In this document: in pieces, positions 13,023 through 27,300 of the stretch
Numbering within the stretch: the stretch's first letter is position 1
Layout of the letters: each line of letters starts with the position of its first letter
DNA from: Octopus bimaculoides
Lineage: Eukaryota
Reading direction: 5' to 3'
DNA length: 64,000 bases
Assembly (NCBI RefSeq): GCF_001194135.2
Contig: NC_068986.1
Coordinates: 10,764,788 to 10,828,787, forward strand
Position numbers and translations under genes: made by a program
The notes under the pieces: generated by a model
What the model was told of the DNA's origin: nothing
Seen by the model: the letters and a program-made list of their open reading frames with translations, nothing else
The model's database searches: none

Positions 13023-16000
13023 GTATGTATACACAAACATGTCTATGTTTGAATTATACAATAGAATCAGCTCTATAACAAAAAACATTATCAATACCAC
13101 ATACTTAACGATGGGAGTTGTTGAAATGTTTATATGTGTGTTTATAAAGTTAAGGCACATGGCCTAGTGGTTAGGGGGTTTACATTCACGATTGCTAGAT
13201 AATGGGTTCGATTCCCAGCCTGAGGAACATGCATCCTTGAGCCTTTTAATACCTGGCATGTAGTACCCTTATGCACTTGTACAGGTATTATTGATTTCAT
13301 GAAGAGAGTGAGCTAATGTACGGCACACACATTTGATCACAATAAACAAATCTTTTGTTTAGTAAAAGATGAATGCTCATGCTTCGTCTTTGATGGAAGA
13401 TTCCCCCCATACATGTGTGAGCGAGAGTTTACCTGACCGCTGCTCGACAGCCAATGTTGTTTACAACCTTTCACTTAGTAGTTGGCAAAGAGGACTGACA
13501 AAATATGTACCAGACTTTAAAAAAAATAGTACTGGCATTTATTTATTCAACTAAACCCTTCAGAGTGGTGCCCCAGCATGGCCACAGTCAAATGCTTGAA
13601 ACAGTTGAAAGATGAAAGCTATTAATGTGTGGCACCTGGTGTAGTGGTTAGAGTGTTGCATTCATGATAGTGAGATCGAAGTTTCAATTTCCAGATTGGC
13701 TGTGCATTGTGTTCTTGAGGGACACATTTCGTTTCACATTGCTCCACTCATCTATAAGTGAGTAACCTTGTGACGGATTGGGGTACAAGAGTGAGATGCT
13801 GACTCAGGAAAATCGCCGAAACAGAGGCCTTGCAGGCCAAATCTTGATTCAGTAATCAAATAGATGAATGGTACAGCTCATACTGTGAATCCCGACTGGT
13901 TGGGACTGCTTGTTCAACCACATCAAAGGATGATGGTGGGTAAATAAAAAACATTAAAATTCAAAGAAACTTGAAATATATAAAAGTTTGTTCATCTTTT
14001 TGTTTTTGTTTCAACTATGAAATAATCTGTGCCTTCCACCATAAATAATACACAAATAAGGGACGATATAACTAAAAGGATCAAAGAAAGGATTTTTAGG
14101 GATATAAAAGTGGATTACGTTGCTTGGAAATAAGCCCAGCAAAGGGTATCTTTCCTTGGCTTTGGTCTGTCAATTAAAAATTCAAAGAAGAAAGAAATAA
14201 TGAAAGAATGTATATATGTATATATATGTATACACTAAACAGAACTATGTAATGACAAGAAAAGGAAAAGTCGATTATTCTAAGAAAAAACAATAGCATC
14301 AACAACAACCACCATGTCAACACAATTTAATATTATTTCCTATGAAGTTTTGTCACTGTTTGTATTTGTATAGAAAGACAACAATGTATTCAATGGTAAA
14401 ATATAACAAGCCAAACACATACCTTGGTTTCCTTGTTGTGTCTAGAGAATTTAACTTCCCTAAAGTCGATTAGGTGTGTCAGCAATAATAATTTATTAAA
14501 CAACAAATTAATAACCACAGTCAAAAAGAATAAGTTCATTAAGTGAGCCAGAGAATAAATGCAGTACAAGTATATCCAATTAAGATGCATACACATGTAT
14601 ATATGCGTATGTATACACACACATACATATGCACACACACATACATATATACACACACACACACATATTACATATACGTATACACAAACGTGTGTATATG
14701 TATATATAAGCACATATGTGTGTACATACATATATACATGTATATATATTAATGTTTGTTTTTATAATAAAAACAATTTAACATTAACCTGAACGATTAC
14801 TCAATACTTTTTGTAGAGCACAAATTTATTATTCTTTAACCAGAAAAATATTAGCAGTGACTTTGATAATGGCTTAGTTAGCCAAAACTCCAAAGCTACT
14901 GCCAATATTATTCTTGCAAAAGAACAATATATATTTATATATAGAATGCAGACGCCACTTTTAAGATCACATGCAAAGTAAACTGCAGGGCTTTTGAGAT
15001 AGAATGTTAGTTGTACCATTGTGTTCAAACACCAATACTTTCAAACAATTGTTTACATCTAATAAATAAGGAAAGCAGAGAATTATAGCAATATTATATC
15101 TGCTAAAAGGATAGCAGAGATGACCAAATTTCTGTTGCAAGTTTTAATCAAGTCAAGATCAACTCAACCTTCTCCCTCTGAAGGAGTAACAGAATCCCTT
15201 TCAATAAGATACAGATCTATTCGATCAACTACATTAGATCCCTAACAAACTCAACCTTGTAATTTGTTGAATAAAAGAGATCAATATTTCTTATATTTAT
15301 AGAGATTGCCATGAAAAAAGAAGCAACTCTTAACAGTTTGACTCGACACAGTTTCATTCTTGACTGAAGCCTATATACTTCAATTGTGAAACTTATTTCG
15401 TTCATTTCTACTACCAACATGCTCAGCCTCTAATGCCCTTCACACGACAAACCCCACACTTTCCTATTGTCTCTTCTTACAGTGCTTCACTGGCACATGG
15501 GCAGCATGCCAAATGCACTTTTGCTGAAGGACAAGAAGCCAGAGCGAAGGAGGTGAATGGACACAATGCCAAATGGACAAAGCCAAACAGACAAGATGCT
15601 GAAAAGACATACAAAAATTAAAATTTAATCTTGTTAAATCTCAAGTGCCAAATTGATGAATTGGTCATTAAATATGTAGGTAGGAATGTCTCTTCTTTAT
15701 TATTGTGTCCATTCGGCATTGTATACATTCAGTTTCTTATCCTTGGGCAAATGTGCATTCAGCATCCTGCCCACACATGGCTTCACTTATGCCTTCAATC
15801 ATCACCTGCCCTCAACATTATTGTCCCATGTTCCAGGAATCTTAACGTTGGTTGCCTGGTTTCCATGACAGAGGTCAATCACAACATTCCTCATTGAACT
15901 GGACACGGAGTGACCCACATACAACTGAGTGGACTGGAGCAATGTGGAATAAAGTGTTTTGCTCAAGAACACAATGCACTGCTTGGTCCAAGAATCAAAA

Positions 16001-16356
16001 CCAAAATCTTGCAACACCCTAACCACCAAGCTATCCATCTAACCCTACCCTCTTCTTGTACCTTAAAAACAACCATTGACTGACTAAATAATAATTCAAA
16101 CAAACAGCCTGAAGACCAGACCATTAACCAAGCTACTTCTCTTATTTTCTTTTGTTATTTAGTGACTAGTTTTCCTTTTCTTCCCTGTTTCCATCACTAC
16201 CACTGCTGCCACTAATGTTGCATTTCATTTTGTTATCCAGGAAATAAAATTACCAAACGCTTACAAATTATAAGCTGAGTGTGTTTCCTGTTCTTAATCC
16301 ACAATTGCTTAACAAAAGAACTAAAAATATATTACAACTATATATATGTGTGTGTG

Positions 16357-16405
<49 letters not shown>

Positions 16406-19285
16406 AAAATGGAGAGTTTGAACACAATTTTAATAATTTAACATAAGGAAAATATATTATATTATTAAAATACTGTTTTCCTAACTGGAACTTCATAAGT
16501 GTTAACACTAATACTAACACAAATTAATGAAATCCAAAGTATATTAATTGATATGGAGCTAAACAAGTGTACACTTAGATAAAATACATCCCTGTGAAAG
16601 AGAGCAACCTCTTTCCATCCAAAACTTCATAAACACTCATTATATATATATGAGAGAGAGAGAGATACTACTACACAGGGTACTGAGATGGTCTTACTAC
16701 ATGCTGCGTGTGTAGCCATCCTGATCTGTTACAGACACTCTCAGTACCCTGTACATTTGTTCAATGCACTTCTCTTGCCCCATAAACTCATTTGTTTTTC
16801 CTTGTCTTTATTCCTCCTTATTCCTAATCTATTCTCCATCTGAGATTTAAAATAAGACCAACAGAAGACATATTCTCTGTTGCTAAATTATTTACCAGGT
16901 TACTTTACTTGATAAACTTTGTCCTTTAGATCAACAGACTTTATCTAACATTACAAATATCGAAAATTACCTCGTTAACAACTAATTCATACAGACAAAA
17001 TATTATTGATGTGTTTCCTTGTTTTACTAATGAGATAAAACTAATTAAATGTAAGATTAGGGTTGTACTTGGAGAAGGCACATGATTTAGTGACTGGGAT
17101 ATTCAGCTCACAATCATAAGGTTGTGAGTTTGATTCCTGGTGGCATGTGTATCTTTGTGCAAGACACTTTATTTCACGTTGCTCCCATCTACTCAGCTGG
17201 CAAAAATGAGTTGTACCTGTATTTAAAGGGCCAGCCTTGGCACACTCTGTGTCTCACTGGATCTTTCTAAGTCAGCGTAGACATGTCTGTGGAGTAGATG
17301 GTCACTTGCACATTAATTTCATGAGCCAGTAGTTCCATTCATTCGACCAGCTAGAACACTTGTAATTGATTAATTGATGGAGACCCAGGCCAGTCCTGTA
17401 CTTGCTTGAATCAATAAGGTAACAGGACAAGTAATGCTTGGTTGATGATATCCTGCTGCAGAATAAAAATGCCTCAATCTACTTAGCTGCAAACAGTTAC
17501 AACTTACAGTGAATCTCCAGAAGTGGAAATGCTGTATAATTTAAAGTTTCCATTGACTGCAAATTCTTCTACTGACCCAGAAAAACCAGCAGTTATGATA
17601 ATCAAACCACAAACCATCTTAGTTCACCTTGCCGTTGAAACCTGGTTCTTGTGGGTTCAAGTGGTACCATAGCCCACGTCTACGCTAAACAAATTCTACA
17701 AAAGTAACTAAATGTAAAGTTATTCTATACCAAACGATAGACAATAACAATTTCAAGAATTTGTTTTCAGAACAATAATGTTCCTATAGAAGAGTTACTA
17801 ATTCTTGTTGTTTTTAATTCAGTCTTAATATCTAATAATATCCAATGGTTGAGATGATAAACCAGTAATTCCATGGTCATGAGTTCAAATTTCATTAAAG
17901 CTAAATGGTTTGAAATATTACAAGTATCGGTTTGAGTTACAAAAGAGCAACAGACTCTGTGTCAAAATTTGGACTGCTTTTCTATTGTCAGTCAAGTAAA
18001 CTGCCTTATCTGTTATGCCACAGAATGCCTGCCACTCCAGCTTCTTAAATTAAATACAATAAACGGAAGTTGTTTATATCATAAAAATTTAGAAACTTTG
18101 AGAGAACAAGAACTAATTTGTGTTTAATTGTTGAACTTTAAGTAGACAAGGCCATAAATAATAATAATACTGAGTTGAAGTCATGGACAGCCCCTGACTT
18201 TTTCTATACAAAATGTTTTTCACTCAATATTTACCTTGTTATTTATAATTTTTCTACTTTGAGTTCAGCCATTAAAAATGAATTAGATACAATAAATTAT
18301 TTTTGATATTTTTAATTGTAGTCTTTCAACTCCACAAGTTAATTAATCACTTAGATTTAATTGAATCAATTTTGTGTTTAGAATGTCTAATATCATTCAT
18401 TTGAAAACCTTAGCAGTTAATTAATATTTCACTACAGGAGATACATTCAAAGCTGTTGGACAATGTCCAGAATAACACTACTACTTGGACCTGTTTGTAT
18501 GTGTAACAAGTTTAAACTCTATTTCACAGGTCAGTTGGTAGCGTCTGGATTATATAAAACACAGCTGCTTCAATACAAATATTTCCAGATGTATTAGCAT
18601 GGGAAATCTGATTGTAGACATGGGAGGAGACAGAGGCAAATTACAATAAGACCTAATGAATAGTTAAAAACAAATACGATTAATAAACAGGTTTTTTGCA
18701 AGCTATTTCTACAATAACTTACAACCTATGTACGGCAGCTTAAAGCAATTTCTACAATGGTTCATAAGTCATTGCATAATTCTAGATCAAAGTAAATTGG
18801 TTCACATGGTGCAAGGGAAAAGTCTTTCACTCTTTAGCATTCGGATTATTCTGTCAAATGTAATGCATTTTTATTCATATTGTTTTGAATTATTCATGCA
18901 TTATCTCATGTCTTTAAGATTCAATGATGGAGAGGCAGATTATTTGGACCAGTTTAAGTGTTAAAAGGTTAAAAAAGTTGTTTGAAAAAAAAAAACTCAA
19001 CTAATCTTTAGATTTTATCCATTTTTTAAAAAGTTTTACATTGTTTTCTATGCTAGGCACAAGTCAACTATTTGTGATTAATTAATCTAATCCAAGTGAT
19101 GGAGTGTGGTGGGTTTTTTGAATATTTCTTACATTTAAATGTTGTTCTGATTGCTAAACACTTCAATTCATGCAATAACCAGCTAAACACTTATATGTGG
19201 ACAAGGATGTGGGATACTACACAGCAGCTGTGACAAGGCTTGAGTGTATGTAGTATGTGGTTCAATGATACCATAGTCACACAAC

Positions 19286-19339
<54 letters not shown>

Positions 19340-21349
19340 ATCATAAAGGATTAACGGGCATGATTAGTGAAATTATACAAGGTTTTAGAATTCCTCAAAA
19401 AAGCCGAGCCTTGGTTATATAGATAGGATCTAAATGTTATGTCTACACGCAATGGTTTTGTGAAATTTCACTCCAATACATAAAGATTTTTTACTTATAG
19501 TCAGCTTCAGAAGTTTTGGGCATCAATTAATAAGCCTGTACATTTCTAGAATCATTAGAGAATGGAGAATCTAAAAGTTAAGGCTGGCTTTGGTAAAGAC
19601 ACCTGCATGGCTACCATTTTGAGTGTTTAAAATGACCCCCACTATACATAAATATACATTGGTTTCTAATGAGTCTAGAAACTTATGTTAATCTTGTGCT
19701 TTCTGAGTAAAGGAGTCCAATAAAGGCTTTGAAATAGGGGTCATGTTCATATGAAAGTAACAAAAAAATGTTATAAGCAGTTTTTCTTTTTTATAAATTC
19801 TCATGACTCAGTATGGCAGCTTGAATCATGTTGAGAGTTATCATATTTTTTCTTGCCAGTACTTACATATACCATGTAGTATTCTTGTAATTTTTTGAGC
19901 AGTGACACCAAATTTGAGATGTGATATCTCTAGTGATGTCAACTGTTGCTATATACATTGGCATTATTAGAAATACCAATTAACCAAGAATCTATTTTCT
20001 ACATAACTTCCTATGTAACTTGTCTGTCAATGGTGTACGTATATTAGATATGATACACACATGCCTATTTTAATTTAATACTGTTTCTACTATGTGCATT
20101 GAATTATTTTCAGCTCCTAGAAGACTACAAGTGAATTCCTCAACCGATAATATGGAATAAGAAAATTAAACAAAAAGTTTATAAACCAGAAATGGTGAGT
20201 AGAATACTTTTGATTTTTGTATCTTTCACACATTATGTCTATGTCTCTGGCATCCCCTGATCCCGAGAAAGGTAAAAAGGTCTAAGAATATGAAGAATAG
20301 AAGCCTGATTATGTCAGCAGTGGTTTTCTTGACTCCAAAAAACAAGTGTGGCCCATCTAATTATGATCTAGGTTGAAGTATTTTACAGTTACCATTTTCA
20401 AACTCAAAAAAGGGAAGCAAGCAGGTGTCTAAACAAATACCAAGATTAAGTTTTGAATTCTCCATGCTTTGACATTTCCAAAACTGTATAGTTTTGCTGA
20501 TTTCCAAAATTTCAAATAGAACCCAATGAACCTAACTAAAATAGAGGGGTGGGGAAGCTCTTATTACATTAATGACAAAGAAAAAAATCTTCTTTATAAA
20601 AGCACACAGTTATCCAGCACTCAAAGGATCTACAGAGACAATGGTCCTCAACATTGAGGGGGGATGTTTTTTTGTTTTTTTTTTCACCTCACCTGAATTT
20701 TTAAAACTGCGATTCCTCAAATTAGGGAAGTATGAATCAGAACTTAGCAAATTGTGGATCCCTGAAATAATAGTGGAATTTAATCCCTGAAAACAATATG
20801 GTACAATTTCTATAGAATAAAGAATTCTTTCACAAATCTGTGGTCATATTTTTTTCTGTCATTTAATGTTTTATAAGAAAAAAAAAAACATAAAATGAAA
20901 TATAGAACAAATTAATAATAATATAAATTCCAAAATAAAGCAATAAATTAGAAGCATTAGTAGAACAACAAACAAAATACTTTTTCCAGTAATCAGGGTT
21001 ACCTTTCATGTTCTGGGTTAAAATCAAGCTAATCTCAGACATGTGTTGCTATTATGAAGACAGGAATGTTTCTGCTCTAAGTATTGGAACAAAATGACAA
21101 AAACACCACAGAGAGAGACAGACAGACAGAGAAAGAGGGGGAGAAAACAGGAATGAATAAAATAAAATGCTTCTTGTTCAAAGCAGGAAATCATTTTAGG
21201 TAAGAATTAATAAAAGAATGAAAGAAGAGCAAATGGAACTGATCAGACACATGTTGCCACTATGAAGACAAGAATGTGTCTGCTTTGAGCATTGGGTCAA
21301 AAGCAAGAAAAACACTGGTAATCCTTCTGACATGTATAGTGAGAGAATC

Positions 21350-22790
21350 CAGGCTTGACTATGAATTTATCAAAACCAAAGTGGAAATATATCACCTGCT
21401 TTATCTGGATGACTGCAAACAATACATAAATACTTGAGGAGAAAAAAAAAAAAAGAACCTGGATTCTCTAACCCAAACAGTAAGAGTATTCAGCAAGGAT
21501 ATTAGAACGTAGTGTGGGGTAAATAAGTGTGCTGTGTTAATTATGAAGAGAGGCCGGAAGATAGACTCTGATGGCATCATTAGATCATTGTGGAATAATG
21601 AGGGATACAAATATCTAGGCGTGCTGCAAGATGATATGATAATGGAAGAGGAAAAAAGAGAGAAAGTCACTAAAGAGTACAAGAGGTGGATTGGGAAGGT
21701 GCTCGAAACAAAATTGAAAGGAGAGAATATCATTAAAGCCATAAATATATGGGCTGTGCCAATACTGGGATACTCTGCTCCCTTTTTGAAATGGACATTC
21801 GAGCTACAGAACTTAAGTAGAAGAACTAGAAAGCTGCTCACAATGCATGTCACCCTAAAAGTAACACTAAAAAAAACTAAGCAAGAAAGGAAAGAAGCAG
21901 AGGATTATTAACCATTTTTGCAGTTAAGACTGTAAAAATGGGTTTGAAAAATTATATTGTGCCAGGTAAAGAAAGAATATTATTGGCAGTTGGGGATAGT
22001 CAAACAGTGACTGAAACAGTAGAATTCAAACAGAAAAGGAAGAACAACAGAAGAAACAAATGAAAAGAAATGGAATTGTGTGGTCAATTCATACAACAAG
22101 CTGGGGATATTCAAAGTAAAAAAAGCTGGTTATGGCAAAAAGACACAGGGACAAGCCATTAGGAACAATTCTGATAAAGGCAAAGATCTACAAAACTCAA
22201 TCAAACAGCACATGTAGAATCTGCAAGAAAGGAGCTGAAAATACTAATCATCTCTTGAGTGAGTGCAGTATACTAGCACAAAGAGAGTATAAATGCAGGC
22301 ATGACTCTATAAGTAAAAGACTGCATTGGGATGTTAGTAGCATGTTTGGTCTTGAAATAACAGGGAAGTGGTATGAAGATGAACAGAAGCTGTGATAGAG
22401 AATAAGAATTACAGGAATTTATAGGATGTACCCATAAAGACCATGCAAGGAGATCAGAGAACAAAAGAAAGAAACAATTGTGAGATCATAGACGTTGCAA
22501 TAATATAAGGTAATAGAATGGCTACTAAAGAAACTGAAAAAAATTGAGAGAAAAAGAGATTGTGGAAAACAATGGTAACAATTGTTCCTGTGGTAATTGG
22601 TGCATTTGGCAGCTGAATTGCCACAAAAAAGACTGAAGTGAGACACAAATTGTCGACCTGCAGAAAAGTACCATCCCATATTCTACAAGAATCTTAAGAA
22701 AGGTTCTTGAGACCCGAAGAAACTTGTTGTCACTAAACCTCATAACAACATAGCTGCTAGCTAACATAGCATGTAATAATAATAATAAGG
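21350..22790 (+). mobile_element. decayed R4/Dong-clade non-LTR retrotransposon (RT C-terminus, CCHC finger, REL domain)
   Basis: IYHLLYLDD at 21388-21414; YKYLGV; IKAINIWAVP; CRICKKGAENTNHLLSEC...RHD; (TAA)n tail near 22775; stops and frameshifts. Confidence 0.88.
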
Positions 22791-22996
22791 GTTTCAAAAT
22801 TTGGCACAATGCCAGCAATCTTGAGAGAAAGAGCAAGTCAATTACATAGATCCCAGTACAGAACTGGAACATATTTTACCGGCCTCGAAAAGATAAAAGG
22901 CAAAGTCAACCACAGTGGACTTTGAACTCAGAACATACAGACAAAATGCCGCTAAGCATTTTGCCTGACATGCTAACTATTTGCCAGCTTACTGCC

Positions 22997-22998
<2 letters not shown>
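22790..22998 (-). mobile_element. SINE family B
   Basis: same Deu/Nin-like core as 8050-8270. Confidence 0.65.
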
Positions 22999-23041
<43 letters not shown>

Positions 23042-23166
23042 TGTTTCAATAACAGAAATATTTCTTTTCCAGAAACCAAACTGCAAAATAAATAAAAAAA
23101 ATTATTTTAATTATTTCAGAACCAAATTACATGATCCTGGAATCGAAAATTAGGAAGGGTCATTAC

Positions 23167-23258
23167 CTGAGAGATTTTTTTCTGATGTTGGTATCCGTTG
23201 TAAGGCCCTCCTTATAATAGTGTCATGTAAGTTGTGAAATAATTCCTCTTTATCTACA
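23167..23258 (-). CDS. DOCK3/4-like: DOCK3/4-like exon (last found in window)
   Basis: ttgttttacag|T GTA...TCA G|gtaatg; 92 nt; VDKEELFHNLHDTIIRRALQRIPTSEKNLSG resembles DOCK3 E.ew..iHenIIRK. Confidence 0.86.
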
Positions 23259-23479
23259 CTGTAAAACAAAGACAAGTATACATTAATTAACAGAGGTGTC
23301 TATACTAATTAGAAGAGGAGGGTAAATTAGGAGATGGGGTATACACTAATTAGCAGAGCAAGTTTTTTCATCTTGTGGGTTATTTGGAGACCCTTCTAAT
23401 GCTGGTGCCACAAAAAAAAGCATCGAGTACACACTGTAAAGTGATTTGTGTTAGGAAGAGCATTTAGCCATAGAAAAAC

Positions 23480-23838
23480 TCAATTCAGTTGGCCAGTTCC
23501 CCCTGACTGGCTCCCAAGCCAGTGGCACGTAAAAAGCACCATCTGAACATGGCTGATGCCAGGTCTACCTGACTGGCTCTTGTGCTGGTGGCATGTAAAA
23601 AGCACCATCCAAACATGGTTGATGCCAGTGTCGCCTGATTGGTCTTCATGCCAGTGGCATGTAAAAAGCACCCACTACACTCTCGGAGTGGTTGGCATTA
23701 GGAAGGGCATCCAGCTATAGAAACTCTGCCAAATCAGATTGGAGCCTGGTACAGCCTTCTGGCTTGCCAGCCCTCAGTCAAACCATCTAACCCATGCCAG
23801 CATGGAAACCAGACATTAAACGATGATGATGATGATGA
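23480..23838 (+). mobile_element. SINE-like family C with three ~66-bp units
   Basis: repeated CCTGACTGG...GTGGCACGTAAAAAGCACC units, then core and (GAT)n tail. Confidence 0.8.
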
Positions 23839-24583
23839 TCTGATATACAGTATTATTGGTAGTGATCAGTACAATGATAAGGATGTCGAATATTCATGGT
23901 TCAAGTCTAGCTAAGGTTGACTTTATTTCACTGACCCTCCCCACCACCAGAGAGATGAAAAACAAAGTACCAGTCAATAAAGAACTGTTCATCCTTCAGG
24001 ATCTTGGAAAAAGTGCCAATGCAAGGCAGTGGACTGGTTGAACTGTAAGACCAGATGTCCAGTTATTTGTGTCCAAACTCCACTTTGGCCTACCTGGTTA
24101 GCAAATTAAACCCAACACTCTTTTTCATACCTGACACACTGAATGTCATCTTTAGTGGAGGAGCCATTGTGTTATAAGCATTCAATCCAGCGGTCCAGTT
24201 TAAGAATACCTGTCTCTGTGTCACCAATGCCAGAGGCCCTGGAACTGGATCAATAACACTGTCTTCCCTCCTGACTAAAACAATAAAAAACTGTACCAAG
24301 GAGGCAGATTTTTTAAATTGTAAGAATATGGGACATGATACCTTGCAGTATTTGTTCCAGCTTTTCGTGATCTGAGTTCAAATCCCACAAGGGCCTACCT
24401 GGGTGACAGACTTAAACCCACTGCTCAGTTTAAGCAGAATCTACTCTGTTGCAAACATTTAGACCAGGGTTCTGGTTTGAGGACGCCCTCCATATCTCTT
24501 CTCACCAGCCATGGGCCACTGCCTTCAATCTCGACTATAAGGCTTAAGGAAAAAAAAACTTGCTGAAGGTTAACTTTACTGAC

Positions 24584-24656
24584 CTTGTTACCTTCAGCGT
24601 CACTTCAGTTTCATCATGACTAAACTTGGCTTGGTTGATTTCCTTCAAGGAACAAA
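24584..24656 (-). CDS. DOCK3/4-like: DOCK3/4-like exon
   Basis: ctctatccttccag|TT TGT...ACA AG|gtcagt; 73 nt; VCSLKEINQAKFSHDETEVTLKVTS; phases 1/2 fit both neighbours. Confidence 0.82.
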
Positions 24657-24849
24657 CTGGAAGGATAGAGAAAGAAAAAGAAAGAAAATAATAACAACGA
24701 GAATATTCCTTACAAAAGATGTGGTTAGTGAGAAAAGGGGATAGTAGGGAAAAGGGGACAGTGTTGATTGGCAAGAATTATTTTATTGATTCCTGGGTAA
24801 AAACAGAAAAAAGAAAAAAATTAATGATAACGATATTCTTTTGTCTTAA

Positions 24850-25222
24850 TTGTTTCAATCATTTGACTGTGGCCATGCTGGGGCACTGGCTTGAAGAATT
24901 TTTAATTAAATGAATCAACTCCAGGATTTCTTCATTTTTTTTTAAACCTGGTCCCCATTCAATCAGTCTCTTTTACTGAACCATAAATTACAGGGATGTA
25001 AACACACCAGCACCAGTTGTCAAGTGGTGGTGGGGAACAAAAACAGATGCAAATACACACACACACACACGACAGGCTTCTTTCAGTTTCCATCTACCAA
25101 ATCCACTCACAAGGCTTTGGTTGGCCTGTGGCTATAGTAGAAGGCACTTGCCCAAGGTGCCATGCAGTGGGACTGAACCCAGAACTATGTGGTTGGGAAG
25201 CAAACAGCCACACAGCTATGCC
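24850..25222 (-). mobile_element. SINE family A
   Basis: reverse complement of the family A head and body. Confidence 0.7.
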
Positions 25223-25261
25223 TATGAGGACAGCACAACATTGATGATGATAATGATGATG

Positions 25262-25610
25262 ATCATCATCATCGTTTAACATCTGTTTTCCATGCTGGCA
25301 TGGGCTGGACAGTTTGACTTAAGTCTGGAAAGCCAGTGGCTGCAACAGGCTCCAATCTGATCTGGGAATGTTTCTACAGTTGGATGCCCTTGCTAATGCC
25401 AACCACTCCGAGAGTGTAGAGTGCAGGAGCCAGTCAGGCGGCCCTGGCATTGATCATGTTCAGATAGTGCCTTGTATGTGCCACAGGCACAGGAGCCAGT
25501 CAGGGGTTACTGGCATCAATCATGTTCAGATAGTGCCCTTTAGGTGCCACCAGCACAAGAGCCAGTCAGAGGTCACTGGCATTGACCACATTTGGTTGGT
25601 GCATTTTACA
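25262..25610 (-). mobile_element. SINE-like family C with 66-bp units
   Basis: (CAT)n-CGTTTAAC end; GAGCCAGTCAG recurs at a 66-bp period (~25426, 25492, 25558). Confidence 0.8.
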
Positions 25611-26096
25611 TGAATAAGGATAAAAAGCTTTAGAGTTGAACTTGTGACTTGATACAACAACTGTGTGTTGACACTAAAGCCATTTTACTGCAGCAGAACC
25701 ATTTAATAATACACAAAATATTAAATTCACTTTAAATCTTAATTTATATTTCAGGTGTTGTCAAAATTTTCGTTACACAACTGCAACCTGGTCACTGTTA
25801 CAGTTGCAATGGAACTGCATTGACGACCAAGTTGCAGCTATGCAATGAAGACCTTGAAACCACATTAAATGAATTCAAATTTGAAGTCAGTTTAAAATAG
25901 CTTTGTGGGTTGTTCTCAAAATGATGCTTCCTAACAACAAGAAATGTTATGGTTACTTTTTGAATAATTACAAGAGAAATTTTGCCAAACAAACTGATAA
26001 ATTTAATTGAATCAACCGAAGAATTTGGAGTTCAATGTAAACTTTCACCAGTGGAAGCTAAATGAAATAGAAGAAGAAAAGAAGCCAAGTTCTAAC

Positions 26097-26171
26097 CTGC
26101 CGCTCCATACGGTCTTCGAAATCTCTTGTTGCTGCTGCTTTTTTTGCTTGTGTCACTGGTTAGCATTTTAC
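26097..26171 (-). CDS. DOCK3/4-like: DOCK3/4-like exon
   Basis: acaacag|GT AAA...GCA G|gttaga; 75 nt; GKMLTSDTSKKSSSNKRFRRPYGAAV; RRPYG.AV is the DOCK-B type motif. Confidence 0.92.
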
Positions 26172-27149
26172 CTGTTGTCATTGAAATAAAAAAGAGACAG
26201 AGTTAGAGAAGATGAATTGTAGTTCTGATGTGGTCGTTGGGTAGACCAGGGGTCAGTTTTACTTGAAAGAACATAAAATGGAGAGCATAGGAACATCATC
26301 AATCAATAGTAAAGCTGGACTATCCACAGTTAAAAATGGCCTCAGATTTACAGGTTAAAATGTAGTTCCTATATTAAATTTAAAATAGTGTTTACTGAGA
26401 GAGAAGACAGAGAGGGGGGAGAGGGGGAGAGAGAGGGAGAGAGAGATAGGGAGAGAGGGGGAGAGAGAGAGGAGAGAGAGAGAGAGAAAGAGTTCATCAT
26501 CATCATGTAATATTTGTTTTCTATGCTGGCATGGGTGGATGGTTTGACAGGAGCTGGCAAGGTCAGGAGCCACACCGGGTTCCATAGTCTGCTTTGGTAT
26601 AGTTTCTATGGCTGGATGCCCTTCCTAATGCTAACCACTTTACAGAGTGCACAAGGTGCTTTTTATGTGGCACAATCACCAACCAGTGTTGTTTATATAG
26701 CACCAGCACCAGTGCTTTTTGCATGGCACAATCACCAACCAGTGCTTTTTATGTGGCACCAGTACTGACAGGGTCACCAAGTTCTTTGCAAGACCCCTCA
26801 ACTAGGAGGGGAATGAGTAGTAGTGAGAGGATTTGGCTTTGTGCCAGCTGAAAGATTTAAGGCAGAGAGGTGACAAATATAGGTGTCTTGCTGTAGGGTA
26901 CCCCAGTTGGGAAACAAAGGAATATGAAACTTAGCTCGTTATATTTAGTAAAAACGTAACATACTGTAACAGAGCAGAAGCAATCATTTNNNNNNNNNNG
27001 AGCATACTGGCTTCATTCCTTGCGAGCTTACGTATGTCCTCAGCAGTTTTCATATTACAAAATATGTCTGGTCCCTTGACTGCCCACCAAAAAATAGCGA
27101 ATAGGAAAAGACAACTAGCTCAGAATTTGTCTTTATAAGCATGAAAAGG

Positions 27150-27300
27150 AAAGGAGCAAGTGTGGTTGTGTGGCTAAGAAGCTTGCTCACAAACCATGTG
27201 GTCTTGGGTTCAGTTCCACTGCATGACACCTTGGGCAAGTGCCTTCTACTCTAGCCAAGGCCGAACCAAAGCCTTCTGAGTGAAGTTGGGAGATAGAAAC
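27150..27300 (+). mobile_element. SINE family A
   Basis: GTGTGGCTAAGAAGCTTGC...GGGTTCAGTTCCACTGCATGACACCTTGGGCAAG. Confidence 0.7.

Noticed and set aside
14100-14460. Two short minus-strand exon-like segments (EVKFSRHNKETK; ERYPLLGLFPSN)
   Set aside because: Too short, no convincing DOCK motif, and phases are ambiguous.
20692-20787. Minus-strand AG...GTGAG segment GIHNLLSSDSYFPNLRNRSFKNSG
   Set aside because: Phase-compatible but not similar to the expected DOCK continuation.
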